NCBI GenBank assembly: GCA_047285805.1
Contig: JBJBCN010000002.1
Span: 1,280,001-1,344,000, forward strand
Direction: 5' to 3'
Length of the DNA stretch: 64,000 bases
Source of the DNA: Synechococcus sp.
GTDB taxonomy: Bacteria > Cyanobacteriota > Cyanobacteriia > PCC-6307 > Cyanobiaceae
The translations under genes were made by a program, and so were the position numbers. Positions 50,638-60,005 of the stretch are shown here, one piece after another (within the stretch, counting starts at the first letter, position 1; each line of letters opens with the position of its first letter). A model generated the notes under the pieces. That model made no database searches, had not been told where the DNA came from, and saw only the letters and a program-made list of their open reading frames with translations.

Positions 50638-51876
50638 ATGGCCGCCGAAGCTTGGGAAAAGGGTTTCCGCGCTGCGATAAAAACCGGGAGACAGGGGTGG
50701 GGAGTAAGCAACGACAAGAGCACAGGCCGAGTGCGCCTAAAACTCCAGTTCCCAAAGGCGGGGGACTGGCCAAGCAATAGCTCGGTCAACCTGCCTTACG
50801 CCTGGACGCCAGCGTCGATCAACCCGGTGATCCAACTCGTCAATGCGGCCTATGGACCTGTCATGGAAGGTCAGGTCCCGCTCAAGGCGGCGATTGAGAA
50901 CCTGCTAGCCATAAGCGATCAAAAAGCTGATCTGGTGCGTACAGCCTGGCCAGGCATTGCGAGATCCTTCCGCACCAAAAAGCTAAGCACAGGAAATCGA
51001 ATAGCCGATAGCACTTACAGCGCTTCCTATGGGCGCTACATAGAAGTGGCCTTGCAACACCTGCAGGGTCCCAAGTCTGCTCAAACAGGAAAAGCGCTGA
51101 TCGAGCGTGTACTAATCCATCAACGAACCAACAAGAAGCCCGGCAAGCGTTTCGGAGAGCAGCTCACCCCCTGGATCGATCAGCCGAAATCCCGCATGCA
51201 GTGCTGCCTAGCGCTGAAACTGTTCCTTGAGTTTGCGGTTGCCGAGCATCGACAAGCGCAGTCCTTTCTGATCATCGAAAAGGACTACCTCCAGCTTCGT
51301 GGTGGTGATGGAAGGACAAGAAAGAAGGCAGTCCTTACAGATGCGCAGATATGCGAGCTCATCAGACTGCTCCCAGAGCACTGGAGCAACGTAGTGAAGG
51401 TGTGCCGATTGTTTGGCGTAAGGCCATGGGAGATCAACTTCATCGAACGACGCATCAACCCGGGGGGCGAACAACAGCTATTCGTCAGGAAGGGCAAAGA
51501 AGTCACCAGCCGAAGCGGTGTCAAAGAAGAAACTGAGCCCCGCTGGTTAGAAGCGGTGGCCATTGATGGAACGACATTTGGACTTGTCGAGAAGTGGGAG
51601 AGCTTGAAGCTTCCCGCAAGAGTCAGCGGGGCGAACCTAGGCGCCAGGTTGCGAAGGCTCCAGTACTGGAATTGTCTCGTTGAGGAATTCAAGGCCAACG
51701 GAGAATGGCTGCGTCCGTACTCGTTCCGAGACACCTTCAGCGTGCGTGCGCACGACCTGAACATCAGCAGCACAAACATCGCTCAAGCAATGGGCCACAG
51801 CGTTGAGGTCCATCACCGAAGCTATAGGACTTCGGAGTGGAAGGGCGTCAGAAAAGCCTTCCTCCGAGCTAGCTAA
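50638..51876 (+). CDS. tyrosine integrase of element 1
   Basis: GVRPWEI, RPYSFRDTFS, IAQAMGHSVEVHHRSY; paralog of 60206-61495. Confidence 0.9.
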   Translation: MAAEAWEKGFRAAIKTGRQGWGVSNDKSTGRVRLKLQFPKAGDWPSNSSVNLPYAWTPASINPVIQLVNAAYGPVMEGQVPLKAAIENLLAISDQKADLVRTAWPGIARSFRTKKLSTGNRIADSTYSASYGRYIEVALQHLQGPKSAQTGKALIERVLIHQRTNKKPGKRFGEQLTPWIDQPKSRMQCCLALKLFLEFAVAEHRQAQSFLIIEKDYLQLRGGDGRTRKKAVLTDAQICELIRLLPEHWSNVVKVCRLFGVRPWEINFIERRINPGGEQQLFVRKGKEVTSRSGVKEETEPRWLEAVAIDGTTFGLVEKWESLKLPARVSGANLGARLRRLQYWNCLVEEFKANGEWLRPYSFRDTFSVRAHDLNISSTNIAQAMGHSVEVHHRSYRTSEWKGVRKAFLRAS

Positions 51877-53174
51877 TGGGACGCCCTGCAAAAAACGAAA
51901 TCGGCAACACTTATGGCTTGCTGACAGTCGTTAGCGCCGGTCCCAAAAAGGGAAGTGCTACAGCTTGGATGTGTAGATGTGCTTGCGGAAATCAAGAGCT
52001 AATCCACTGCAGTGGGACGGAGCTAAGGGGAGGAGGTCGTAAAAGCTGTGGATGTATCAACCAGACACGACTGGAAGATCTGACTGGCCAGGTATTTGGA
52101 CACCTAACGGTTGTGGAGCGGGGTCCCAACATTGGGCGAAGACCAGGCTGGTCTTGTCAATGCGATTGCGGCAGCCCAAAACTTGTTCTTCTTAGAGCAG
52201 ACCAACTAAAGAAAGGAATCCCTGGAGACTGTGGCTGCTCGAAAACACCTTATACGAAAGGTATTTATGGTCCTTTTATCGATCGCCGGACGGCACTAAA
52301 GCAGGGGTTAACGCAGTACTTCCCTGGTTCTTTATGCGCTAAAGGGCACCTATCGCCAAGAATGACCTCTGGAGGATCATGCATGGTCTGCATACGCGAG
52401 CTGGCAGCAAAGAAACAGAAGGAGGGCTATTTCCGCGAATATGCAGCCAAGCGCAGAAAAACAGATCCCGACTGGAAGGCGAATAAAGCACGAGTAGCTC
52501 GAGAGTCATACCATCGTCATAAAGACGACGAGGGTGCCAAGGAAAAGAGAAGAGATTGGTACGAAAAGCACAAGACGACTGACTGGTACAAGGAGGCTTC
52601 AAAACGAGCCAAGGCCAAGTTCGTAGCTAGTGGGAAAAAAGCCCAGGCAGATCGGGCGTATAGCCAGAGCCAGGCAGGAACGGTTGCACGCATCAAAGCT
52701 CGCAGGGCGTGGCGAGAAAAGTTTGAGGCTGAGAAGGGCATGCCCATCAGCAGCTGGAGGCTGAAGAACGACCCTCAGTTCAAATTGCATGTCCGTTTAA
52801 ATCAACGCATCAGCGACGTCTTGAAGAGGCAGGGGGTCGTGAAAGCATCAAAAACAGTTGACCTAATAGATGCTGAAATCGTCCACTTCAAGGCTTATCT
52901 CGCAGCCAACTGGGTCGAGGGCATGAGCTGGGAGAACTACGGTCGAGATGGTTGGCACGTTGATCACATACGACCTTGTGCAAGTTTTGACCTCACGGAT
53001 GAGGACCAGCAACTCGTTTGCTTCAACTGGAGAAATCTAAGGCCCATGTGGGCCACCGAGAACATCTCCAAGAGCGATAACTATGACCCTGCAGATGAAG
53101 TCGAATGGGCTGAGATGATGGTTGAGCTTGGCTTTGAGGGTGAGCTTTTTCTCCTCTATACGACCAACGAATGA
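51876..53174 (+). CDS. HNH endonuclease with N-terminal Cys-rich repeats
   Basis: Two G..(Y/F)G.LTVV..W.C.C.CG..CGC repeats, YF.G..C.KGH..R..C..C, C-terminal MSWENYG..WHVDHIRP..NL.P.W..EN..K. Confidence 0.88.
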   Translation: MGRPAKNEIGNTYGLLTVVSAGPKKGSATAWMCRCACGNQELIHCSGTELRGGGRKSCGCINQTRLEDLTGQVFGHLTVVERGPNIGRRPGWSCQCDCGSPKLVLLRADQLKKGIPGDCGCSKTPYTKGIYGPFIDRRTALKQGLTQYFPGSLCAKGHLSPRMTSGGSCMVCIRELAAKKQKEGYFREYAAKRRKTDPDWKANKARVARESYHRHKDDEGAKEKRRDWYEKHKTTDWYKEASKRAKAKFVASGKKAQADRAYSQSQAGTVARIKARRAWREKFEAEKGMPISSWRLKNDPQFKLHVRLNQRISDVLKRQGVVKASKTVDLIDAEIVHFKAYLAANWVEGMSWENYGRDGWHVDHIRPCASFDLTDEDQQLVCFNWRNLRPMWATENISKSDNYDPADEVEWAEMMVELGFEGELFLLYTTNE

Positions 53175-53380
53175 AGAGATCTGGCACCTGATCTCTTCTC
53201 AGTTTTCACCAGGCTTTAGCATGGTTAACGGGGAAGGGGGAATCTCTACCAACTGCGGATCTTTGCCCTAGCGTTAACTCACTTTTTAACCTGACGCTAG
53301 ACGAACCGTGCGCCTCCGGATGACCCACATAGATTGACCCAACAAGGACCCGACTAAACAGATTCAGTATTATGACTGAA

Positions 53381-53839
53381 TCATTCTTCGATAAACCTTG
53401 TTGTAGGCATGCCCTTGACAGAGGCAACTGTAACCCAGACGATCGTCGGCTCTTTACCGACATTTTCTACATAATGGGGCTCGTTGGCACCTTCAACAAA
53501 TGCCTCACCGGGCTTGAAAACAGTTTTAACTTCAGTCCCGTCAGGCTGAACCCGAGTGTTGAGTAATGAACCAGATCTGACACCTTGCACGTAAACCATC
53601 ATTGGAGCAGGGTGAGTATGCAGGGGAATCTTTCCTCCAGCAGGAATTTCAACTCGATAGAGGCGCAGCTCTGGTTTGCCTGAGGGGTACTTAAGAGCAG
53701 TTCCGTTCAGTGTTTCTGAACTACTAAGGATCTCCTGAATCGCAGGTTTCGTTGAAGTTGACGACGTTTCACCTTTTTGATTAGGACTACATGCAGCCAA
53801 TGCCAGGGCGACGGTTCCGAACGCGAGAAGGCGCTTCAT
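53381..53839 (-). CDS. cupin-domain lipoprotein
   Basis: Lipobox LAAC; IPLHTHP, FVEG..EPHYVEN. Confidence 0.85.
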   Translation of the reverse strand: MKRLLAFGTVALALAACSPNQKGETSSTSTKPAIQEILSSSETLNGTALKYPSGKPELRLYRVEIPAGGKIPLHTHPAPMMVYVQGVRSGSLLNTRVQPDGTEVKTVFKPGEAFVEGANEPHYVENVGKEPTIVWVTVASVKGMPTTRFIEE

Positions 53840-54060
53840 CCAAGTTGAGATGCTGGGTTGATTCTGCACCAACTAGTCGCAACAAGCTACGGAATAAGCC
53901 CGAGGGAGTGATGCTCCTCGGGCGGAACTGCACCGCTGCAGGAGCTTTCGCGGTTATGCGATCGCGTCCTGCATCGCAGCGAAGCTTTCAGGGTGTCTGA
54001 CGGGGGAACGCTCATCCGAGCCTCTGAGCGGCCTCCCAGTACAGGCACGCTGTCTTGACT

Positions 54061-54452
54061 ATCGGAGGTCCGTCCTTGAAAGGCAATGCGCATAAAGCCT
54101 GATTGCCCTCTGTTCGAATCAGGCCGATGGTGGGTCCATCGATCTCGGAGGCGTTTTGGACGACACTCCACCTCAGAAGCATCAGTGAGCTAGCTGACTG
54201 CAGACCCCTGCTCCACAGCTCTTTCTCATCCACCACGGGCACGTCCTAAATCTCGGTTCTGCCGGGGGACACTCCATCCGCACCCAGTGAGGTGCCCTAA
54301 GGAGCAAGAAGGCCCGCCAACTGGAAGCACGGCCCCAGGCGTCGAGATCAGAAGCTCCATCCATCTCTTTCGTCCATCAAGCAGTGGGTGCATCCCATGC
54401 ATGAACGACCTAGGTAGGCCGTCTCTTCCACCGGGGAGGGGCGGCCTTCCTT
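54061..54452 (+). ncRNA. candidate structured ncRNA, copy 2
   Basis: Homologous to the reverse complement of 34790-35100; ends in GC-rich hairpin AGGCCGTC..GGCGGCCT. Confidence 0.6.
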
Positions 54453-54510
54453 AATGAGTCGTAATTGGCGTTGCGGAGCGTCGGTCAAAATAGGGTGTCG
54501 CTTCAGAACT

Positions 54511-54798
54511 ATGCGCAAGCTTCTGCTCGGGACATTCGCAGTCTTGGCGGCTGCCCTTCCACTTGCGGCGCAGGAACTTTCGAGCCCCGACGGGACCGCT
54601 CCTGATGCGCCAGCACCTGCTGTCGAGCCACCCTCCATCTGGCTCGTTTTGCGATACGGAGTAGGCGGTCCTGGAGCGCTAGAAAAAATAGAGATGCGAG
54701 ACATGGCGCAATGTGAAATGCAAGGTGCCATTTGGGAGTCAAGTAAGCGCCTCAGTGAAGGTGGTTACACAGGTTTTGAGTGTATGGAAGGCAAATGA
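54511..54798 (+). CDS. small secreted hypothetical protein
   Basis: Signal peptide, P/A linker, IWLVLRYG..CEMQG..FECMEGK. Confidence 0.65.
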   Translation: MRKLLLGTFAVLAAALPLAAQELSSPDGTAPDAPAPAVEPPSIWLVLRYGVGGPGALEKIEMRDMAQCEMQGAIWESSKRLSEGGYTGFECMEGK

Positions 54799-55322
54799 AA
54801 AGATTTAGAGCCGCATTATTGGTATCCGCGTCAATCTCATGTCTTGGCATGAATCCTGCTTTCGCCGACTTTGGAGATGCAGACTTTCCTGAAGCCCTGT
54901 TTAACGACGGTCCCCGCAGCTATCACGATGCTTGGTGCCGAAGGATAAAGAACAAGTGTCGGGTGCGCTTCCAGGGAAAGGGAATGTGGGTCGAGGGGCA
55001 AGGCGGGATTCAGCGCTCGCAACTAAAAAGTTTCAGAACAGATTTTGACGGAAACGAGTTCTATAACTATGTGGACTACATATCGTCGGAAGGCCGCCTT
55101 AAAAGTGCGTTATTCATGTTTTCAAACTTTGAAGCCAACAGGGAGTTCCTTCGCGCAGTGGTGAGGTGGCAGCGAATGGATGCAAGCCCAGTGCCGAACT
55201 TTCGTTTTCCAGCAAGCCAGGGTCCACAGGACACGCATGGTCGAGATAAGAGCTACGGCAGGAACAACAATCCTTATGCCAATCCGCCAATTACTGACTG
55301 GAAAGAAAAGACCACGCCCTAG
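54795..55322 (+). CDS. secreted hypothetical protein
   Basis: Signal peptide ending PAFA, ATGA-coupled to the upstream gene, DAWCRRIKNKCRVRF. Confidence 0.7.
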   Translation: MKRFRAALLVSASISCLGMNPAFADFGDADFPEALFNDGPRSYHDAWCRRIKNKCRVRFQGKGMWVEGQGGIQRSQLKSFRTDFDGNEFYNYVDYISSEGRLKSALFMFSNFEANREFLRAVVRWQRMDASPVPNFRFPASQGPQDTHGRDKSYGRNNNPYANPPITDWKEKTTP

Positions 55323-55370
55323 CGGTAGGCCTGGTTGGTCGTAATCAGCCTTGCGGTGTCACAGACTTGC

Positions 55371-55730
55371 TCACGCCATCAGCGAATGAATGATCTTAAT
55401 CAGTTCTGCTTTGGTGAGCTTCTCTAAGGGCGGTGGTGGTGCTTGAACATTATTTTCCTTTAACAACTTACATAGAGCTGACTTGTTCAGGCCAGAGAAT
55501 CGCTTTAGTCCGTTCTCTTTACAGAGACTTCGCAGGGTCTTCACCGACTGCTTTTCAAAGCTGCCTTTGCCGAGGAGCAAACTTAGTCTGTCTTCACCCT
55601 TAAGTCGGCCTGCGCCTGAATTGCCTTGATTCGCTTTTTGAAGTTCTTCGCTGATTTCGCGCAGGCTGCGTGCATCCGATTGCGCAACCTCTCTTAAGTT
55701 GGCCCTAAGGGCTTCAGAGATCTTTCCCAT
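55371..55730 (-). CDS. HeH (Rho-N/SAP-like) domain protein B2
   Basis: FEKQSVKTLRSLCKENGLKRFSGLNKSALCKLL; paralog of 56266-56640. Confidence 0.75.
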   Translation of the reverse strand: MGKISEALRANLREVAQSDARSLREISEELQKANQGNSGAGRLKGEDRLSLLLGKGSFEKQSVKTLRSLCKENGLKRFSGLNKSALCKLLKENNVQAPPPPLEKLTKAELIKIIHSLMA

Positions 55731-56223
55731 CAGACTCCTTCAATTTGGCTTGAATCGACTGTTGCTTCTCGATAAGTGTTTCTAGCTTCTCTTTTGATCT
55801 TGTCCAGCGTGTGATGAACTCGATTACAGCCTTCATCAGGTTCCCAAGGAAGTTGCCGCCCTGATAGGTACGACGACCACTTCTGTAAGCCTCGAATTGA
55901 GTCACCAGATCATCTCCGGCATCTTCTAGCTCTCCAATAACTCCGGTCACAATCTCAAGCATTTCATAAGCCTCTGCTCGTACAGATGCTTCACGCTCGG
56001 CTATCGATCTGAGTTTCCCCTCTAGCTCAGACATGGCCGCGCGACTGCGTTGTGCTTGCCCGCGAAATTGTCCTCGACTCACCATGAGCCCCCTGTAGGA
56101 GCTTCTTAAATCCAAATAAACGGATTCCAGAGCCTCACGCTCTAGCTGACTTACCTCGGCAGGAAATGCGCTAGTTGAAGGGAGCATGCTGGTCATGGGG
56201 GTTGGTTCGTCTTTTTGATTCAT
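55714..56223 (-). CDS. coiled-coil protein A2
   Basis: SRGQFRG, ELEDAG, LMKAVIEFI; paralog of 56627-57091. Confidence 0.75.
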   Translation of the reverse strand: MNQKDEPTPMTSMLPSTSAFPAEVSQLEREALESVYLDLRSSYRGLMVSRGQFRGQAQRSRAAMSELEGKLRSIAEREASVRAEAYEMLEIVTGVIGELEDAGDDLVTQFEAYRSGRRTYQGGNFLGNLMKAVIEFITRWTRSKEKLETLIEKQQSIQAKLKESDGKDL

Positions 56224-56265
56224 GAGCTTCTAGAGAAGAATCACAAGGGGGAATGACTCATCACA

Positions 56266-56640
56266 TCAATTTGAGAATTGCCTTTGGGAATCGATCCAGT
56301 ACGCCAGGAGTTGTTCGTAGCTGGGCGCTAGGGGTGCGTGGTTGTTTATCAGGAATGTGATTATGTCTGCCTTACGCTTCGGCTTACTTCTGTTCGGTAG
56401 GTTCATTCGGGTTGCTATCGCCCTCAGCTCGCCGACCTTTAGTTTCGAGAATTGATCTTCCTTGGCTGGAGGGAGTGCACGAAATGCCTCTGGTGCGAAG
56501 GCTTTTGCATCTACCTCCTCTCTTAAAGCGGCGAGAGCCTTGTTCTGGGAGTCAATATGAGATCCAATATCTCGTGCGAGTTGTTTATCAAGACTATTTA
56601 TCTCCTCAATAGCTGCTATTAGGCCATCAGCTATCGACAT
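56266..56640 (-). CDS. HeH (Rho-N/SAP-like) domain protein B1
   Basis: FSKLKVGELRAIATRMNLPNRSKPKRKADIITFL. Confidence 0.75.
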   Translation of the reverse strand: MSIADGLIAAIEEINSLDKQLARDIGSHIDSQNKALAALREEVDAKAFAPEAFRALPPAKEDQFSKLKVGELRAIATRMNLPNRSKPKRKADIITFLINNHAPLAPSYEQLLAYWIDSQRQFSN

Positions 56641-57091
56641 TGCTTTCACCCCTCACTGCGGCGAGACGAGCTTTTTGCTCTTCTCTGGCCTCTCTGGCTT
56701 GCTGCATGGCCAAACGGAAGGTCTGAATGAAAGCCCGCACTGCTTCCACGAGTGCACTGCCTGAAAACAAGCCCCAAGCACCGTTGTTTTCAAAAGCGTC
56801 TTCCAATGCGACGCCGGCGCCCTCAAGTTCCTTGAGTACTTGGCCGTAGCCCAAGACAATCTTGTTTAACTCTGCTTTTTGACGGAGGGTGAGGTCCATC
56901 TTTTCCTGGAACTCCAGCAGCTCTGCTTGGAGCTGAGCGATATGGGCCTTTTGCCTCGTGACAGTTCCCTTGTACTGACCCCTCGCGCGATTCAGGTACT
57001 GAGCTTCGTCGAACAGACGGTTGTAGAGCTTCAGGACATCGGCCCCAGGGTGGATGGGGTACCGGTTCCGCGTGATTTGTACTGGAGTCAT
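56627..57091 (-). CDS. coiled-coil protein A1
   Basis: ARGQYKG, ELEGAG, LVEAVRAFI. Confidence 0.75.
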   Translation of the reverse strand: MTPVQITRNRYPIHPGADVLKLYNRLFDEAQYLNRARGQYKGTVTRQKAHIAQLQAELLEFQEKMDLTLRQKAELNKIVLGYGQVLKELEGAGVALEDAFENNGAWGLFSGSALVEAVRAFIQTFRLAMQQAREAREEQKARLAAVRGESNVDS

Positions 57092-57173
57092 CGCTGTTCA
57101 GCCTGGTCCTTATCCGAAGTTTCTAGCACACAAGGTGTCTACACCCCGTGCTCACCCGGGCTACACTTATTTC

Positions 57174-57332
57174 ATGCCCACGACCAAGCCCCGAGTCGGC
57201 TGGATCATTGATCCCACGCTGCTCGACAAGCTCAAGGAGCTTTCCGATAAGAGCGGCCGTACCGTTCCCAAAGAGGCTGAACAGGCGATTAAGAACTGGC
57301 TTCAGCTCCACGGGAAGCTCCCCGTCGATTGA
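57174..57332 (+). CDS. ribbon-helix-helix (Arc/CopG-like) regulator
   Basis: 52 aa, KPRVGWIIDPTLLDKLKELSDKSGRTVPKEAEQAIKNWL. Confidence 0.75.
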   Translation: MPTTKPRVGWIIDPTLLDKLKELSDKSGRTVPKEAEQAIKNWLQLHGKLPVD

Positions 57333-57559
57333 AGCTCGGTCCTGGCCGCTGATCATTCGTAGGGCTGGTTACGTCAGTGGACTTGGCCCGTCTCTGTCAG
57401 TTCAGCGGCAATAAAAAACCGCGGTGGCTTCTCCGCGGCTTAGATCTCCCTACCCGGGACTCGTCCCAGATGTCGTCATGGTGCCGGCGGTGGGAGCCGC
57501 TTCAATAGGGACGCCTACTCATCTCTGGTAGAGGTATCGCAACCGGATAGGCCATTCGA

Positions 57560-57658
57560 GAAGGTTTTGAAGGTTTTAAAGGTGCTGTCCGCACAGGCAC
57601 GTGACTCAAGGCGAGTGATGCCCTTGGGGGAGGGGCCTTCAAAACCTTCAAAACCTTC
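57560..57658. repeat. inverted iteron-like repeats, candidate replication origin
   Basis: GAAGGTTTTGAAGGTTTTAAAGG and CCTTCAAAACCTTCAAAACCTTC, 22/23 inverted match, next to the rep gene stop. Confidence 0.65.
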
Positions 57659-57664
57659 AGTCAC

Positions 57665-59035
57665 TCAGCTACTCATTGCTTTGAGCACCTCCTCGACAGG
57701 GCGAAAGAGTGATGCGGGGGCACCTCCCCGCCTCCCGTTCGAGTCTCTGAACCCGTCCTCAACGATCAGATGTTTGCGCTCTAAAGCCAGGAGCGTCTCC
57801 CTGGCCTTTTGAGGAGCATTCACCTCAATCCCCAAGGCATTGCCTAAGTGAACCGCATCCATACCCCTCTTGGTGGAGAGGTAGTGATGACATAGGTCTT
57901 TGAGCGCCTTGTACTGACGATCTGTGAGGTCGTCGAGCACTCCCTGAATTGCAGCTTGCCTTGCAACCTCCTCGCCGGATCCATGAAGGATCCAGCCAGT
58001 GTTGGTTTGCTCTATCAAGAGGTCAATTGGAGCTGACTCGCGGCCCTCTGCCATCAGCTTGCTCCGCTTGTCTCGTTGAGCGAGCGGGTTGTCATCGCCG
58101 TCCCCAAGAGACGCGATAGCAAGGGTTTGGCTCACGGCTCCGGGCAGAGCGTTATTGCCTCGACTGGCCTCTGAGGCCCGCAATGCACCAGGCCGTTTTT
58201 TTGCGTGGTGGATCAACAGCAGCGTTGCCTCGTGGGGAGCAAGTGCTTCTGTCAGATCGATGCAGGGGTCAGCAAAGGAGGCATCGCACTCCTGCAGCCC
58301 AAGCCTGCTGGTGAGTGCGTGATAGCTGTCGAGCAAAACGATCAACCCTGGGTAGCGGGTGCAGTAACCGGCAATTCGCTCGATGCCTTCCTCATCCATT
58401 GAAAGGGGCGCACCCTTATGGAAGAGGCTGACGATTGACGGGTGCATGCTCCGGTCTGGGTAAAGCAGGCCGGCACGCTTGAGGCATATCGCCCAGTCCC
58501 GTTGAGGTTGGTCGCTGCCAACGATCAGGATTTTGGGGTCCGGCCATGGATGCAGAGGCTGTCCCAAGAAGGACGTTTCACCACGGACCAGAGCGCCAAG
58601 GACGGCGCACATCAGCCGTGATTTGCCGACCTTTGGAGGGCCAACGAACAGGTTGCTCGTTGCCTTAAGCAGGACGTTCTCCCAGAGCCAAGGTGCTTCT
58701 TCGAAGGAAAGCTTTCCGCCTTGTGGGATGGGCTCAACGGCGCCCATCAGCTTTCGCCGCTCTTGCCCAAGTAGGCGGCGCATTTCGTCGTCTCGGACGC
58801 GCGTCTGAAGTTCAGATGCGGTTCGGCGTAGGTGGATAAGCCGCTGATGGCTGGGAATGGCCTCATCGCAAAGGAGATCCCGCGCCTTCCTCTGCAGGGT
58901 GCGTAGGTCCTCTGCTGCCGATGGCTTGCGTCGAGGGGTGGGGTCAACGCGTTTGAGCTGACCCTGAACGCGTTGTTGCCGTTCCCTTTGATCAAACGCG
59001 TCTGAGTTGTCGAGATATGCAAGTGGATCGCTCAT
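57665..59035 (-). CDS. RepA/AAA_25-type replicative helicase with C-terminal wHTH-like region
   Basis: PWLWENVL, GPPKVGKS, IVLLDS, LLIHHAKK, ASRG. Confidence 0.85.
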   Translation of the reverse strand: MSDPLAYLDNSDAFDQRERQQRVQGQLKRVDPTPRRKPSAAEDLRTLQRKARDLLCDEAIPSHQRLIHLRRTASELQTRVRDDEMRRLLGQERRKLMGAVEPIPQGGKLSFEEAPWLWENVLLKATSNLFVGPPKVGKSRLMCAVLGALVRGETSFLGQPLHPWPDPKILIVGSDQPQRDWAICLKRAGLLYPDRSMHPSIVSLFHKGAPLSMDEEGIERIAGYCTRYPGLIVLLDSYHALTSRLGLQECDASFADPCIDLTEALAPHEATLLLIHHAKKRPGALRASEASRGNNALPGAVSQTLAIASLGDGDDNPLAQRDKRSKLMAEGRESAPIDLLIEQTNTGWILHGSGEEVARQAAIQGVLDDLTDRQYKALKDLCHHYLSTKRGMDAVHLGNALGIEVNAPQKARETLLALERKHLIVEDGFRDSNGRRGGAPASLFRPVEEVLKAMSS

Positions 59036-59292
59036 CTCGACCTCCTCGCCCACCGGGCCATTCGGAGGCAGCCGATCGGGTCTTGGCGCTCCAGAAGCGT
59101 TGCTGCTCGGTCGTAATCCGCTGAAGACCAGGTTTGTTCGCTGGTGAGACGCAGCAGCTTGCCGGTCAGATCAACGGAGTCCAGAGGCCGCGAAAAATCT
59201 CCGTAATGCCGCCAGCGGTAGCGCTTAGCGACAATTAGGTTGTCGTTAGACATTTCTTCGCGACCCCCAGCGCCAACTGGGGGTTTTTTCAT
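59032..59292 (-). CDS. hypothetical protein in the replication operon
   Basis: Overlaps both neighbours by 4 nt; start uncertain. Confidence 0.55.
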   Translation of the reverse strand: MKKPPVGAGGREEMSNDNLIVAKRYRWRHYGDFSRPLDSVDLTGKLLRLTSEQTWSSADYDRAATLLERQDPIGCLRMARWARRSR

Positions 59293-59552
59293 GCCCGAAC
59301 CTGCACGAGGGGCTGGTGCAGACCGAAGGTTTCTACTGAAGAAGCAGGCATACGCCGAAAACCTGTAAAGGCGGCTTCAGTGGTGGCGATATTCCACTGG
59401 AGTGATCCTGCTGTTGTCATTCCAGACCATCGGTAGTGACTTCCCTCGACAAATGGGCTGCGCCCATCACGACGCAGCTTCAACAGCGTCTGCCTGTGAA
59501 TACCAAGGTGGTCAGCCATTACGGCCGAACTCACCCAACTTTGAATTTTCAT
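59289..59552 (-). CDS. excisionase-like HTH DNA-binding protein
   Basis: MADHLGIHRQTLLKLRR..SPFVEGSHYR; paralog of 61875-62144. Confidence 0.7.
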   Translation of the reverse strand: MKIQSWVSSAVMADHLGIHRQTLLKLRRDGRSPFVEGSHYRWSGMTTAGSLQWNIATTEAAFTGFRRMPASSVETFGLHQPLVQVRA

Positions 59553-59560
59553 TGGGGGGG

Positions 59561-59779
59561 CTAGATAGACCCCTTCGCCCGTAGAGCAAGCTGAAATGCC
59601 GGAACGGTCAGGAATTTCCTGAGAAGAGGATGCTCCTCTAAGGGGGGGTACAACCTGGTAGTGCGCTCCAACAGCTCAAGCGTCTGCATAAACCTTGTTG
59701 GAGTCCAACCTTTCGGAATCCGAATGGTCTGACCTCCAACGTGCACTGCATTGACGCGTTGCTTCTGCTTGCCCGCCAT
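59561..59779 (-). CDS. hypothetical protein
   Basis: First gene of the leftward replication operon. Confidence 0.5.
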   Translation of the reverse strand: MAGKQKQRVNAVHVGGQTIRIPKGWTPTRFMQTLELLERTTRLYPPLEEHPLLRKFLTVPAFQLALRAKGSI

Positions 59780-60005
59780 AGCGAAGGGGAATGAACAGAT
59801 GCCTCGCGCCCAACGGACTCATATCGGTCCATCGTGTTGAGCCTGTGCGATTTAGGAACGCCGGTGCAGAGCAGCTGCGTTCAGCAGGCTCACGATAACG
59901 GCTGTTTTCGATCGTGAAGCCAAGAGATCCTTTATCCGGAGATTTATCCGGAGACAGACCGAACGCGATCGCAACGCGCGCCAGAACTATTGCCACACAA
60001 TTAAA

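Noticed and set aside
49367..53221. Similar 17-18-mers TTTTCGCCAGGTTTAGC and TTTTCACCAGGCTTTAGC
   Set aside because: Short, gapped and inconsistent with the better supported 38-bp boundaries
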